DNA from: an uncultured Pseudomonadota bacterium
Lineage (GTDB): Bacteria > Desulfobacterota > Syntrophorhabdia > Syntrophorhabdales > CAYQXL01
Direction: 5' to 3'
NCBI GenBank assembly: GCA_964651435.1
Contig: CAZYVU010000007.1
Location: 9,143 to 73,142 of the forward strand
Length of the DNA: 64,000 bases
Positions 1 through 9,799 of the stretch are shown piece after piece; within the stretch, counting starts at the first letter, position 1, and each line of letters begins with the position of its first letter. Made by a program: the position numbers and the translations under genes. The notes under the pieces are model-generated. The model saw only the letters and a list, made by a program, of their open reading frames with translations. It was not told the DNA's origin and did no database searches.

Positions 1-70
1 AAAGCAGAAGACGCAGGCCACCCTATTCTGAGCCGACGGGCCCCAAAGTCGAGGCGCAGGCAACAGGGCG

Positions 71-793
71 TTACGAGGCCTTCCCGCCGTGCGCCCGGAG
101 CACGTATTTCAAGTATTCCCTCACCTTTCTCTTTCCCACGATAGGCCCCATGTGCCCGTCGCAGAAGATGTCGGCGTCGAGGGCCGTGAGCTTGTCCACC
201 GATTCCGCCCAAGCGGAGGGATCGCAGTCATAGTATTCGAGCAGGGGCGCCGAGATGTCCTGTCCAAAGAGAATCCTGAGCCCGTCCTGATCGAGGTACG
301 GCGAGATGGAGCCGGGCGTATGTCCGGGTGTATGTATCCACGAGATCTCGCGATCTCCGAAGGAAACGGCGCCCTCACTTCCCGTCAAAATCCTGTCGAT
401 AGGGAACGGCTCCAGCTCAACGCGAAAACAGATGGCCGCGCTCAGCCGGCTGTCACCTCGGGCTATGATCTCTGCATCCTTCTCGTGCATGACGAGCGGT
501 ATGCCGAGGTGCTTCCGGAACAATGGCGCCGCACCAATATGGTCGTAGTGGCAGTGGGTTAGAAGTATGGAGGAGAGGGCCGAAGGGCTGTGCCCGGCCA
601 TCTTGATGTTCGTAACGGTCTGCCGGAACTTGAACCCCGATCCCGCATCTATGAGCAGGGTATCGCCGATGTCAAGCAGGTAGACCGCCGAGTCGTATGA
701 CCCGGTTATTTCCGGGCCGGCAACCTGGGCGAGGTTAGGAAGAATGTTTTTCGGTGCCAAATGCGCTCCTCGAATGCTGTCTTCTCTGTGCAA
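71..793 (-). CDS. MBL-fold metallo-hydrolase
   Basis: 240-aa ORF with the HxHxDH motif (LLTHCHYDHIG) of the metallo-beta-lactamase fold. The annotated start overlaps the ygiQ stop by 59 nt, so the true start may lie further in. Confidence 0.8.
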   Translation of the reverse strand: MHREDSIRGAHLAPKNILPNLAQVAGPEITGSYDSAVYLLDIGDTLLIDAGSGFKFRQTVTNIKMAGHSPSALSSILLTHCHYDHIGAAPLFRKHLGIPLVMHEKDAEIIARGDSRLSAAICFRVELEPFPIDRILTGSEGAVSFGDREISWIHTPGHTPGSISPYLDQDGLRILFGQDISAPLLEYYDCDPSAWAESVDKLTALDADIFCDGHMGPIVGKRKVREYLKYVLRAHGGKAS

Positions 794-2552
794 ATATGTG
801 CATGAGGTGTTCTTTCTTCAAGGCGCAGAGCGCCTCACGGACGAGCACCCCATTCTCGGGGTGGCGATATTGAAGGAGGGCTCGCTGCAAACGGCGGTCC
901 TTGTCCGTTCGGGGGACGTATACCTCTTTGCCGCTCGTTGGATCCTTGCCCGTGTAGTAGATGGCACCGGATAACGTGAGCGGAAGGGGCATGAAGTCCT
1001 GAATCTGCTCGGGGTAGATCCCCATTCTTTGAAGGTCCAGTGACAGGGCAAGCGCCTCTTCCAGGGTGGCCCCCGGATGAGAAGATATGAAATAGTGAAC
1101 GAGAAACTGTTTCCTTTCAATAGCTTTGCTAAGGAAGTCAAAGTTTTTCTTGAACTTCCTGTAAACCGCCAGAGGCGGTTTGTTCATCAGTGCCAGCACG
1201 GCGTCGGACGTGTGTTCCGGTGCCACTTTCATCTGTCCGCTCACATGGTGGGATAGAACCTCCTTCAGGTAGGGGAGGGCGTCCTTCTCGGCCAGCAGGT
1301 CGTGCCGGAAGCCGCTGGCAATAAAGACATGCTTGACGCCGGCAAGGCTTCGAAGACCCTTCAGCAGGTCGACGGAGGCCTTGTACCCAAGCCGTAGGTT
1401 GGGGCACCTGCGAGGCGTCAGGCAGTGACGGGTAAGACATGCGCCGCCTCCCGCCCAGCGGTCGCAAAACGCCTCGTAAAGGTTGGCCGTTGGTCCGCCG
1501 ACATCGGTTATCGTCCCCCTGAAACCCTCCTGTTGTGTCAGAAGCAGGGCCTCCCGGACGATGGAGCCTTTGCTCCTGGATTGGACGATGCGGCCCTGGT
1601 GCATGGACAGCGAACAAAAGCTGCACCCTCCCACACATCCGCGATGGGTGATGAGAGAATGTCTCACCGTCTCGAAGCCGGGAACGCCCCCGAGCCTGTC
1701 GTAGGCAGGGTGCGACGCCCGGCAATAGGGCAACTCATAAATTCCGTCCAGCTCCTTCGTCGACAAGGGCAGGGCAGGCGGAAACTGGATGACGTATCGG
1801 TTGGCATGCTTCTGCGCTATAGTGGCCCCCCGAAGCGGATCCTGATTGGCATAGACGGCGGAAAAGGCTTGATTGAACCGATCCTTGTCCCGAGCGACAT
1901 CTTCGTAGGACGGGATTTCAAGAATAGGTTGGTCTTCCGGCGGGGTTCCCACGATAACGGCCGTGCCGGGTATTCCAAAAAGGCTCATGCCCGCACGGAG
2001 GCGCCGGCCAATCTCGACTACCTGCATCTCTCCCATGCCGTACACAAGAATGTCGCTCCGGCTGTCGACAAGAATGGACCGCCGCACCGCGTTATCCCAC
2101 CAGTCGTAGTGGGCAAATCGCCGGAGGCTTGCCTCTATCCCTCCGATGACGATAGGAACGCCGGGAAAGGCTTCCCGTAGGCGGTTTGCATACACAAGAA
2201 CGGCCCGGTCGGGACGCCTTCCGCCTGCACCGCCCGGCGAGTAGTCGTCTACCCTGCGGGGCCGCTTCGACGCAGTATAGTTTGCCACCATGGAATCAAG
2301 ATTACCCGCAGTAATGCCGAAAAAAAGGCGTGGCCGCCCGAAGGCCTTGAAATCATCAATTTTTCTCCAGTCGGGCTGCGCTATGACAGCCACCGTAAAA
2401 CCTGCCCGCTGAAGAACGCGCCCAATGACCGCCGTACCGTACGACGGGTGATCGACATAGGCGTCCCCCGTCACGAGTACGGCATCGAAAGCGCCACCTC
2501 GCGGCTTTTGCGGTGCAGCCGAAGATAACGGCAAGAAGGCCCGGTCAACCAT
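735..2552 (-). CDS. ygiQ: YgiQ-family (UPF0313) radical SAM protein
   Basis: 605-aa ORF with the N-terminal block DAVLVTGDAYVDHPSYG and the Cys cluster HRGCVGGCSFCS typical of YgiQ-type radical SAM proteins. Confidence 0.85.
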   Translation of the reverse strand: MVDRAFLPLSSAAPQKPRGGAFDAVLVTGDAYVDHPSYGTAVIGRVLQRAGFTVAVIAQPDWRKIDDFKAFGRPRLFFGITAGNLDSMVANYTASKRPRRVDDYSPGGAGGRRPDRAVLVYANRLREAFPGVPIVIGGIEASLRRFAHYDWWDNAVRRSILVDSRSDILVYGMGEMQVVEIGRRLRAGMSLFGIPGTAVIVGTPPEDQPILEIPSYEDVARDKDRFNQAFSAVYANQDPLRGATIAQKHANRYVIQFPPALPLSTKELDGIYELPYCRASHPAYDRLGGVPGFETVRHSLITHRGCVGGCSFCSLSMHQGRIVQSRSKGSIVREALLLTQQEGFRGTITDVGGPTANLYEAFCDRWAGGGACLTRHCLTPRRCPNLRLGYKASVDLLKGLRSLAGVKHVFIASGFRHDLLAEKDALPYLKEVLSHHVSGQMKVAPEHTSDAVLALMNKPPLAVYRKFKKNFDFLSKAIERKQFLVHYFISSHPGATLEEALALSLDLQRMGIYPEQIQDFMPLPLTLSGAIYYTGKDPTSGKEVYVPRTDKDRRLQRALLQYRHPENGVLVREALCALKKEHLMHIFAQRRQHSRSAFGTEKHSS

Positions 2553-2619
2553 TCACCATTCTATCAGAATATGTGGCACATTATAAAGCGCACCGTGGTC
2601 TGGTGGCCCACTGAAAAGC

Positions 2620-2648
2620 TTGAGGGGTTCGAGCAAGTATGGTATATA
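2620..2648 (+). promoter_or_regulatory. candidate sigma70 promoter for tRNA-Ser
   Basis: TTGAGG (2620-2625), 17-nt spacer, TATATA (2643-2648), ending 9 nt upstream of the tRNA 5' end. Confidence 0.4.
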
Positions 2649-2657
2649 ACAATCACT

Positions 2658-2752
2658 GGAGAGATGTCCGAGCGGCTGAAGGAGCACGACTGGAAATCGT
2701 GTGTGCGGGACAAAAACTCGCACCGAGGGTTCAAATCCCTCTCTCTCCGCCA
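2658..2752 (+). tRNA. tRNA-Ser (anticodon GGA), CCA encoded
   Basis: GGAGAGA acceptor stem pairs with TCTCTCC. Anticodon loop is CTGGAAA, the variable arm is long (GTGCGGGACAAAAACTCGCAC), the T-loop is GGTTCAAATCC, and the 3' end is GCCA. Confidence 0.9.
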
Positions 2753-2913
2753 TAACAGAATAGATCGGTAATCAGTGATCCATAGCCGGCTGGCGGGAAA
2801 TTCCCACAGTGGCGCTGCCGGGCCGAAAAAAAAGGGGTTAAAGAAACTTCTTTCAGTTCCGTGCAGATAAGGGGTCACCGATCACGAACTATCAATTAAT
2901 GTTGTCTAAAAGA

Positions 2914-3012
2914 ACGGCCGGGCCCTGCGCAACGTGGAGGCTATGAACCCCGTCAGGTCTGGAAGGAAGCAGCGGCAGTAGTTTTCCTGTGTGCCGCAGG
3001 TAGCCTGGCTAT
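2914..3012 (+). ncRNA. ffs: signal recognition particle RNA (small 4.5S type)
   Basis: Contains the conserved domain IV sequence GTCAGGTCTGGAAGGAAGCAGCGGCAG. The terminal helix GCCGGGCCCTGCG pairs with CGCAGGTAGCCTGGC. It sits in the classic position just upstream of dnaX. The ends are approximate. Confidence 0.75.
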
Positions 3013-3040
3013 TTAATGATCTACACGATACCGCCCGCCT

Positions 3041-4609
3041 ATGACCTACACCGTTCTCGCGCGAAGATGGCGCCCCACAAGATTCAAGGATGTGATCGGG
3101 CAGGACCACATCGTCACGACCATTAAGAACTCGATAAAGTTTGAGAGAATCGGCCATGCCTACATTTTCAGCGGGCCCAGGGGCGTAGGGAAGACCTCGC
3201 TCGCCCGCATTCTCGCCAAGGCCGTCAACTGTTTGAACGGTCCGGCCGAGGAACCCTGCAACGTATGCGATGCGTGCAAGGACATACAGGCCGGCCGTTT
3301 CGTTGACCTCGTTGAGGTAGACGCGGCGTCGAAACGCCGCCTCGTCGACATGCGGGAACTCATCGAGACGGTACGCTATATGCCCATGAGGGGGCGCTAC
3401 AAGGTCTACATCCTCGACGAGTCGCACATGCTCATAGACGAGGCCTGGAATGCCTTCCTCAAGACGCTTGAGGAGCCACCGGGGCACAACATCTTTGTTC
3501 TTTCCACCACCGACGCCGAAAAGATCCCCTATACGATCAAGTCGCGGTGCCAGTCCTTCGAGTTCAGGAGAATTTCCGACCGCGATATCGGGTTGCAGTT
3601 GAAGAGGATATGCGATGACGAGGGCATCGGGTATGACGAAGGCGTCTTCGATTACATAGCGGCCGAGGCCGACGGAAGCCTGAGGGATGCCGAGTCCATT
3701 TTGGACCAGGTCATTGCCTTCGGCGGGCAAAACATTACGGAGGCCGACGTAGGCGCCGTCATCGGCATTGTAGGGCGAGAAAGCACGTACCGCATCATCG
3801 AGTCTATCATCACCGAGGACTTGAGGGGTGGATTGACGCTTATCGACCGCCTCATCGTTGAAGGTCACGAGGCCTACCAGATATATAAGGGGCTCGTTGG
3901 TGCGCTGAGAAAGATGCTTCTCTTCAGCATCTATGAGTCATCCCCACCGTTTCTGTATATGGGTACTGAAGAGGCGGCAAGGATTTCTTCGCTCATTACG
4001 GACCTCGAATATTACGAGATCCAGAACATGCTTGCATACCTTCTCAAGGCAGAGAATCTCCTGGCCGGCCTTTTCCCGAAGGTCACCCTCGAAGTGCTTT
4101 ACGTGAATCTTTTCAACCTGGCGAAGCTTCGCGATCTGGGCAAGATGGTCCGGGCAGCCGAAGCAGGGAAGATTCAAAATCCTGAGATGCCGTCGCCGAA
4201 ACCCCCAGCTCGGCAAGTTCATTCCGACGCGTTATTGACGGTTCAAAGCCCTGAGATACTGTCGTCGGAACCCGTAAGGATCCCCAAGGAGACAGGGAAA
4301 CCGCCAGACCAAAAAAGACAAGATGGGCCCGAGGGGTTCTTTGTGCTCCTGAGGGATAAGCAGCCCTTTCTGGCCGCGCTGCTGGAGGGTGCGGTGGTGG
4401 AATTCGAAGAATCGCGTGTGATCATCTCTACCGACAAACAGTATTCAATGATTGGGGAAGATCCGACATACCGAGAAGAATTGAAAGAGGTCCTTTACGA
4501 GTTTTCGGGGAAGAGAATGGATGTTCTCTTTCGTGAGGTGAAAGAATTGAGTGACGATCCGCTTAAGGATTATGTGAGGGAAGCTGAGCTCATTTTCAAG
4601 AAAAATTGA
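3041..4609 (+). CDS. dnaX: DNA polymerase III subunit gamma/tau
   Basis: 522-aa ORF starting LARRWRPTRFKDVIGQ, with Walker A GPRGVGKTS, the zinc module CNVCDACK and the DEAH-like YILDESHML block. Confidence 0.95.
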   Translation: MTYTVLARRWRPTRFKDVIGQDHIVTTIKNSIKFERIGHAYIFSGPRGVGKTSLARILAKAVNCLNGPAEEPCNVCDACKDIQAGRFVDLVEVDAASKRRLVDMRELIETVRYMPMRGRYKVYILDESHMLIDEAWNAFLKTLEEPPGHNIFVLSTTDAEKIPYTIKSRCQSFEFRRISDRDIGLQLKRICDDEGIGYDEGVFDYIAAEADGSLRDAESILDQVIAFGGQNITEADVGAVIGIVGRESTYRIIESIITEDLRGGLTLIDRLIVEGHEAYQIYKGLVGALRKMLLFSIYESSPPFLYMGTEEAARISSLITDLEYYEIQNMLAYLLKAENLLAGLFPKVTLEVLYVNLFNLAKLRDLGKMVRAAEAGKIQNPEMPSPKPPARQVHSDALLTVQSPEILSSEPVRIPKETGKPPDQKRQDGPEGFFVLLRDKQPFLAALLEGAVVEFEESRVIISTDKQYSMIGEDPTYREELKEVLYEFSGKRMDVLFREVKELSDDPLKDYVREAELIFKKN

Positions 4610-4618
4610 GGAGGGGTT

Positions 4619-4933
4619 ATGTCTAAGAATTTTGGGCAGATATTGAACCAGGCCAAGAAGATGCAGGAAAAATTGCAGAAACTCCAGGAGGAGCTCGGTG
4701 GACGGACGGTAGAAGCCCAGGCGGGTGGAGGCATGGTCTCATGTGTTGTAAACGGAAAGCAGGAGATCGTTTCTCTGACCATTTCGGAAGAAGTGTGGCA
4801 GGAGCAGGACAGGGAGCTACTGGAAGACCTTCTTCTGGCAGCGGTAAACGAGGGTCTCAACAAGTCGAGAGATATGGTGCAGGAAGAGATGTCCAAGGTC
4901 GCCGGCATACCGGGGCTACAGCTTCCTTTTTAG
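4619..4933 (+). CDS. ybaB: YbaB/EbfC-family nucleoid-associated protein
   Basis: 104-aa ORF (NQAKKMQEKLQKLQEEL...) in the conserved dnaX-ybaB-recR position. Confidence 0.9.
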   Translation: MSKNFGQILNQAKKMQEKLQKLQEELGGRTVEAQAGGGMVSCVVNGKQEIVSLTISEEVWQEQDRELLEDLLLAAVNEGLNKSRDMVQEEMSKVAGIPGLQLPF

Positions 4934-4939
4934 GACGCC

Positions 4940-5536
4940 ATGCTATATCCTCTACCCCTCGAACGGCTCATTGATAATCTCTCGAAGCTCCCCGGCATAG
5001 GGCGGAAGACGGCAACACGACTGGCGTTCTTTCTTCTCAACGGAAAGGAGTCTTTCGTCCAGGAACTATCGTCGAGCCTAAAAGACCTGAAAGAGAAGAT
5101 CCGCCTGTGCAGCACCTGCTTTAACATCACAGACGTTGACCCCTGTCCCATCTGTGCCGATCCCCACAGAGACAAGAATGCCGTTTGTGTCGTCGAGGAG
5201 TCTTCTCACATGATGGTCATAGAGTCGTCTTTCCCGGGTGCCTTCAGGTTTCATATCCTCCATGGCGTCATCAACCCCATCGAGGGGGTTGGACCCGATG
5301 ACGTGCGCGTCCGGGAGCTGGAAAAGCGGGTGCGCGATGAGGGCATTCGCGAGGTGATTATTGCCACGAATCCTAACATAGAAGGCAACACAACAGCCCA
5401 CTACATCGCCGAAATATTGAAGCCCTACGGCGTTACTATAACGCGCATCGCCTCGGGAATCCCCGTTGGCGGCGATATCGTCTATTTAGACACGCTCACC
5501 ATCAGGAGCTCCCTGGAGAACCGCAGGAACCTTTAA
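4940..5536 (+). CDS. recR: recombination protein RecR
   Basis: 198-aa ORF with an N-terminal HhH (LPGIGRKTATRLAFF), a C4 zinc finger (CSTCFNITDVDPCPIC) and a Toprim region. Confidence 0.95.
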   Translation: MLYPLPLERLIDNLSKLPGIGRKTATRLAFFLLNGKESFVQELSSSLKDLKEKIRLCSTCFNITDVDPCPICADPHRDKNAVCVVEESSHMMVIESSFPGAFRFHILHGVINPIEGVGPDDVRVRELEKRVRDEGIREVIIATNPNIEGNTTAHYIAEILKPYGVTITRIASGIPVGGDIVYLDTLTIRSSLENRRNL

Positions 5537-5583
5537 CGTTCGGGTCCCCTGTCTGTGTTAGCCGGCACCCCTTCGGTCCGCAC

Positions 5584-6237
5584 CTATTTTGCCGTCTTTT
5601 CCAAGGTCTTATAGTCGCTCAGAAATTTCTCTATTCCTATGTCCGTAAGGGGGTGCTTCATCAACTGCCGAAGGACGGCGAAGGGTATCGTTGCAATCTC
5701 GGCACCGACGAGGGCCGCCTGAAGAACGTGCAGGGGGCTGCGGATGCTGGCCACTATCACTTCCGTGTCGAAGAAGTAGTTCGCCAGAATCGTGTGTATA
5801 TCCTGGACGATTTCCATGCCCGTAGCCGAAATGTCGTCAAGCCTCCCGATAAAAGGGCTTACGTAGGTCGCCCCCGCCTTGGCGGCAATGAGGGCCTGAA
5901 GGGGCTGAAATATGAGCGTTACGTTGGTCTTGATGCTCTCTTCCGACAGGACGCGGACGGCTCGAACCCCTTCTTCGGTCATGGGGATCTTTACGACGGC
6001 GTTAGGACCGAGTGCCGCCAGCGACCTTGCCTCCCTGCACATGCCGTCAAAGTCCGTTGCGATCACCTCTAAGCTGACGGGTCCGTCAACAAGCGCGAGA
6101 ATCTCACCGATCGTCTCCTTCGGATCCCTCTTCTCTTTTGCCAACAGCGACGGATTCGTCGTCACGCCGTCGACAAGGCCTAATTCAAGGCCTTTCCTGA
6201 TCTCATCGGCGCTCGCTGTATCGATAAAAAATCTCAT
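5584..6237 (-). CDS. tal: transaldolase / fructose-6-phosphate aldolase (short type 3B)
   Basis: 217-aa ORF starting [15 protein letters not shown]...GVTTNPSL, the hallmark of short transaldolase/FSA proteins. Confidence 0.9.
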   Translation of the reverse strand: MRFFIDTASADEIRKGLELGLVDGVTTNPSLLAKEKRDPKETIGEILALVDGPVSLEVIATDFDGMCREARSLAALGPNAVVKIPMTEEGVRAVRVLSEESIKTNVTLIFQPLQALIAAKAGATYVSPFIGRLDDISATGMEIVQDIHTILANYFFDTEVIVASIRSPLHVLQAALVGAEIATIPFAVLRQLMKHPLTDIGIEKFLSDYKTLEKTAK

Positions 6238-6246
6238 GGCAACCTC

Positions 6247-6849
6247 CTACCATTTTCTATATTGGTCCGAGTATTTCCTGTACTCCTTTTTCGTGTCGCT
6301 ATCATGAAAAACAAAAAAACATGACGCCTCAAGGCTGCTCGTGTACATGTATGCCTCTTCCAGCATATCACCACGGGCGAAGCTTCCGTGACCCCGGAGA
6401 AGCACAATCTTGAAGTCCTTGAGGTACTCACTCACAAGGACGGATGCCTCGGGAGACCCGATGGTCTTTTCGGATACGACAACGGGGACGCGTTTAAAAA
6501 GATACGACCCCTCCGAGTCGATGGGAATGATTTCGTCATGCCTCATAGACAAGAGCGTGGCATAGGGCGGGTGGGCATGGACGACGGCCAGGGCGCTCGT
6601 GTTCCGGTATATGGCCCTATGGATGACAACCTCCGACGAGGCCATCAGTATATGGCTGTCGTCCGCCTCCACGGGTATCTCGACAATATCGCCCGCGCTT
6701 AACCGGCCGAGCATGGACCCCCGTCTCGTAAGATACATCCTCCTTCCCGCACGGGTACTCATGTTCCCTGCGTGGGAGCTGATGAGCCCCCGCAGGAATA
6801 TATCTCTTCCTATGGATGAAAAGGTGTCGGCAAGATGGGCGTCAATCAC
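6247..6849 (-). CDS. class II aldolase/adducin-domain protein (fuculose-phosphate-aldolase-like)
   Basis: 200-aa ORF with the SHAGNMSTR substrate loop and Zn-ligand blocks VVHAHPPYAT and RGHGSF. Confidence 0.8.
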   Translation of the reverse strand: MIDAHLADTFSSIGRDIFLRGLISSHAGNMSTRAGRRMYLTRRGSMLGRLSAGDIVEIPVEADDSHILMASSEVVIHRAIYRNTSALAVVHAHPPYATLLSMRHDEIIPIDSEGSYLFKRVPVVVSEKTIGSPEASVLVSEYLKDFKIVLLRGHGSFARGDMLEEAYMYTSSLEASCFFVFHDSDTKKEYRKYSDQYRKW

Positions 6850-6870
6850 ACGTTTACCCTTTTATACGTT

Positions 6871-8583
6871 CTACCATACCAGGTCAAGGCTTGAAAGCGT
6901 CTCGGGCCGAGGCGTGCCGTCCTCGTCCCACCTCCGGGCCTCGTAGTACTCCTTGAGTAGCACCTCCAGCGGAACCTCCCCAAATCGTTTTGGAAGCATA
7001 TCTTGCTCCACTCCCTCTCTGAGGTTGAAGAGGCGTTCGAGGTTCCAGATTCTCTCCCCGATCTCCAGGGACGCCTCCCAGCTTACTTTTCTTCCTGTGG
7101 CCGCGCCAAGAATGCGCGAGTAGTGGTCGTGAGGCAGGGCAAAGGACGAAAAGCGACACATGACGAGCGTGTCCATAAAGGCGGAGATGTTTTGGTAAAG
7201 ACAAAGCAGGCTGGCCTTTCCCGTGACGGAGAAGCGGTCCACGAGTTTCGGGATGCCGAGCACCTCTGCTCCAATCATGTTGCCCTGCATATGGCAGCCG
7301 CCCCGATTAGACGTCGCGTACCCCAAGGCATGTCCGTAAGCGCCTCGGGGATCGTAGGCGGGGAGTTCAAGCCCCTTCACCTGCGGGGCCAGCTCGGGCG
7401 CATCCCTGTCCCTGCAGAGCGCCCTGCTGCCGTGGCAGAGGGCCTCTCCCGGCCCGGTCTTTTCGGCTATACACCGAATGAGATCCTCAACCCCATCGAA
7501 ATCCCCAAAAGATACACCGAGAGGCAGAAGGCCCTTCTCGCTCAATTCTATGGCCGCACCGATCGTCACACCAGCAGTGATAGAATCGAGGCCCAGCTCG
7601 TTGCAGAGGTTGTTGAGACGAATCACCCGCCCAAGGTCATAAAGACCAAGATTAACGCCCAGGGCCCATAGCGTCTCGTACTCCGGGCCGTCACCCGATT
7701 CCGTAACCCTTCCGCAGGCAATGGGGCAGAAGTGGCAGGCCCTCCGCTTTTTCAGAAACAGGTCGGCAAGCATTTCCCCTGACAGGCCCGCCGACTCAAA
7801 AGGCGCCGGTGCCGAGTAATTGCGGCTCGAAAGGAGCCCTGCTTCGCGCATATAGTTCATGAGAACCGACGTGCCGTACTGCGCAAGACCTCTGGAGGTT
7901 ATAGGATTGGCAGTCAACCACTTTCTGGATTCATACCGCACAAAATCGAATTGATCCCTGTCGGGCACCGCTATCTTTTGCCCGCTCTTACCCTGGACCA
8001 CAACGGCCTTAACATGCTTTGAGCCCATCACGGCCCCAAGTCCTCCCCTACCCAGAAACCTGCCGTCGTTTTCGACGTTGGCAAAGGACACAAGTGTCTC
8101 TCCGGCCCGGCCGATGAGCGCAACGGAAATCTGTCGGCCATGGCGGCTCCGCAAGAACTCCTTGGCAACGGCCTTGCTTTGACCCCAGATGGAGGAGGCA
8201 TCCCGAACGGACAGGCCTTTCTCGTCTACCAGGATGTACGAGGGCACGGCGGCTTTGCCAACGAGCACAAGAAAATCCACACCGCACTTCTTTAAGCTCA
8301 CGCCGAGCCTGCCTCCGCAGGACGAAGCAAATATTGTTCCGGTAAGGGGGGACTTGGTCGTCGTTATGAATCTACCGCCCATTGGAAAGGGCATGCCGGT
8401 GACGGGCCCCGTGCCGAAAACGATGGGACAGAGCGGAGAAAGGGGGTCGACGCCGGTGGGAGCGCGACGATACAGGATGTATGCGTTGACGCCACGGGCA
8501 CCGACAAATTGGTGCTCCACAGAGGGGGGCAGGGATTCCTCGCTTATCCGCCCGAGTGATAGATCAACGATGACGATTCTCAT
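6871..8583 (-). CDS. aldehyde:ferredoxin oxidoreductase family protein (tungsto/molybdopterin)
   Basis: 570-aa ORF of AOR-family length and layout, with the Cx2Cx3C 4Fe-4S motif (CHFCPIAC). Confidence 0.9.
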   Translation of the reverse strand: MRIVIVDLSLGRISEESLPPSVEHQFVGARGVNAYILYRRAPTGVDPLSPLCPIVFGTGPVTGMPFPMGGRFITTTKSPLTGTIFASSCGGRLGVSLKKCGVDFLVLVGKAAVPSYILVDEKGLSVRDASSIWGQSKAVAKEFLRSRHGRQISVALIGRAGETLVSFANVENDGRFLGRGGLGAVMGSKHVKAVVVQGKSGQKIAVPDRDQFDFVRYESRKWLTANPITSRGLAQYGTSVLMNYMREAGLLSSRNYSAPAPFESAGLSGEMLADLFLKKRRACHFCPIACGRVTESGDGPEYETLWALGVNLGLYDLGRVIRLNNLCNELGLDSITAGVTIGAAIELSEKGLLPLGVSFGDFDGVEDLIRCIAEKTGPGEALCHGSRALCRDRDAPELAPQVKGLELPAYDPRGAYGHALGYATSNRGGCHMQGNMIGAEVLGIPKLVDRFSVTGKASLLCLYQNISAFMDTLVMCRFSSFALPHDHYSRILGAATGRKVSWEASLEIGERIWNLERLFNLREGVEQDMLPKRFGEVPLEVLLKEYYEARRWDEDGTPRPETLSSLDLVW

Positions 8584-9161
8584 GACCCTGTGGCCCGAAA
8601 ATCAGCCTTGCACAACCCTTGCAGACTGCCACGTGCCCGGTCCAGCCGCCTGACGACCTGTTCCCCGCCGATCGCATCGAGGCACGTTTGAAGGGTGATA
8701 CCCAAGAGGGGGTGCATGAGGTCCGGCTCTATCTCGAGGCACGGCACGAGGGCAAACTTCCTCTTGTGCAGCTCCCGGTGAGGAACCGTCAGATCGACTT
8801 CGTCTATAACTTCCGAGCCAAAAAGAAGGATATCAAGGTCGACGGTCCTGGGTCCCTTGGGCACCGTGCGGATACGACCGTACCTCTCCTCGATACTCCG
8901 AAGGGTGCGCAACAGTTCCATAGGCGTACCCTGCCAGCCCAGCTTGACGGCACAGTTGATGTAGTCGGGCTGCTCAAAAGAGGATAGGGCCCCGGTCTCA
9001 TACAAAGACGATACAGCCACGGGCAGGACGCGCTTATGGGACAGCATGTCCTTGACTACACTAACGCAATAGCCGATCCGGTCACCAAGATTGGAGCCGA
9101 CACCCACAAAAGCAGGATATGCCTCTGCAGGGCCCACAGAAGATGTGCTGCCAACGTCCAT
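8580..9161 (-). CDS. folK: 2-amino-4-hydroxy-6-hydroxymethyldihydropteridine diphosphokinase
   Basis: 193-aa ORF with the HPPK blocks VGVGSNLGDR, RTVDLDILL and LTVPH. Its stop overlaps the AOR start by 4 nt. Confidence 0.85.
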   Translation of the reverse strand: MDVGSTSSVGPAEAYPAFVGVGSNLGDRIGYCVSVVKDMLSHKRVLPVAVSSLYETGALSSFEQPDYINCAVKLGWQGTPMELLRTLRSIEERYGRIRTVPKGPRTVDLDILLFGSEVIDEVDLTVPHRELHKRKFALVPCLEIEPDLMHPLLGITLQTCLDAIGGEQVVRRLDRARGSLQGLCKADFRATGS

Positions 9162-9265
9162 GGCAACATCCTATCACACCCGCTGCGTGCGCGTCCATAA
9201 AGGGCCTCCGTGGGGCGAGAGGGCAAAGCCGTGCCTGACGGAGAGGCTTTTCGGACGCTCTGGCG

Positions 9266-9294
9266 TTGACTGGGGAGCATTTTTGATTTATTAA
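9266..9294 (+). promoter_or_regulatory. candidate sigma70 promoter for def-fmt
   Basis: TTGACT (9266-9271), 17-nt spacer, TATTAA (9289-9294). The -10 ends only 7 nt before the GTG start, and no Shine-Dalgarno is visible. Confidence 0.35.
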
Positions 9295-9301
9295 TTATGT
9301 C

Positions 9302-9799
9302 GTGGCGATTCTCAAGATTTGCAAATACCCCGAGCTTGTGCTCAGAAAGCCCGCATTGCCGGTGGAGAGGGTAACAGACGAAATAGTGAAGCTCTCCGGC
9401 GACATGCTGGAAACGATGGTCGGCGCCCGCGGGATAGGCCTTGCGGCAAATCAGGTAGGCATCGCCATCAGGTTGATAGTCCTCCATCTTCAGACCAAGA
9501 AAGGCGAAGAGCCTCTCGTCCTTCTCAATCCTGCCATTGTGGAAAGCGATGCGGAGGAGATTTCCGAGGAGGGATGCCTGAGCCTTCCCGGTTACTACGA
9601 GTATGTGCCCAGGGCAGGCAAGGTTCTCGTCAAGGCCATAGATACCCGTGAGAACCCTTTTTCCTTGGAGTGCGAAGGACATCTTGCCCGGGCCTTTCAG
9701 CACGAAATTGATCATCTCAACGGCGTACTCTTCATCGATCACCTCAGTCCCGTAAAGAGGAGTCTTTTCAAGAAGCGGTACGCAAAAAGCGAACGATGA
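9302..9799 (+). CDS. def: peptide deformylase
   Basis: 165-aa ORF with N-terminus MAILKICKYP and the motifs GIGLAANQ, EGCLSLPG and HEIDHLNG. GTG start. Confidence 0.95.
   Translation: MAILKICKYPELVLRKPALPVERVTDEIVKLSGDMLETMVGARGIGLAANQVGIAIRLIVLHLQTKKGEEPLVLLNPAIVESDAEEISEEGCLSLPGYYEYVPRAGKVLVKAIDTRENPFSLECEGHLARAFQHEIDHLNGVLFIDHLSPVKRSLFKKRYAKSER

Noticed and set aside
2906-3868. Long antisense or alternative-frame ORFs across the window. Examples are 2906..3868, 9056..9742, 18554..19585, 25600..26409, 34232..35128, 50254..51006, 54763..55425 and 61372..62088.
   Set aside because: Each lies opposite to, or out of frame within, a gene with clear family motifs. Their translations are Arg/Pro/Gly-rich with no recognisable motifs, as expected for open frames in GC-rich DNA.
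4305-4325. An A6G run (CCAAAAAAGAC, A-run 4311-4316) in dnaX, at a position analogous to the E. coli tau/gamma -1 frameshift site.
   Set aside because: The zero-frame codons are CAA AAA AGA. The A AAA AAG heptamer therefore starts at codon position 2 and is not in the X XXY YYZ register. I saw no obvious downstream stimulatory hairpin, and a six-A run is short for transcriptional slippage. Only experiment could exclude recoding.
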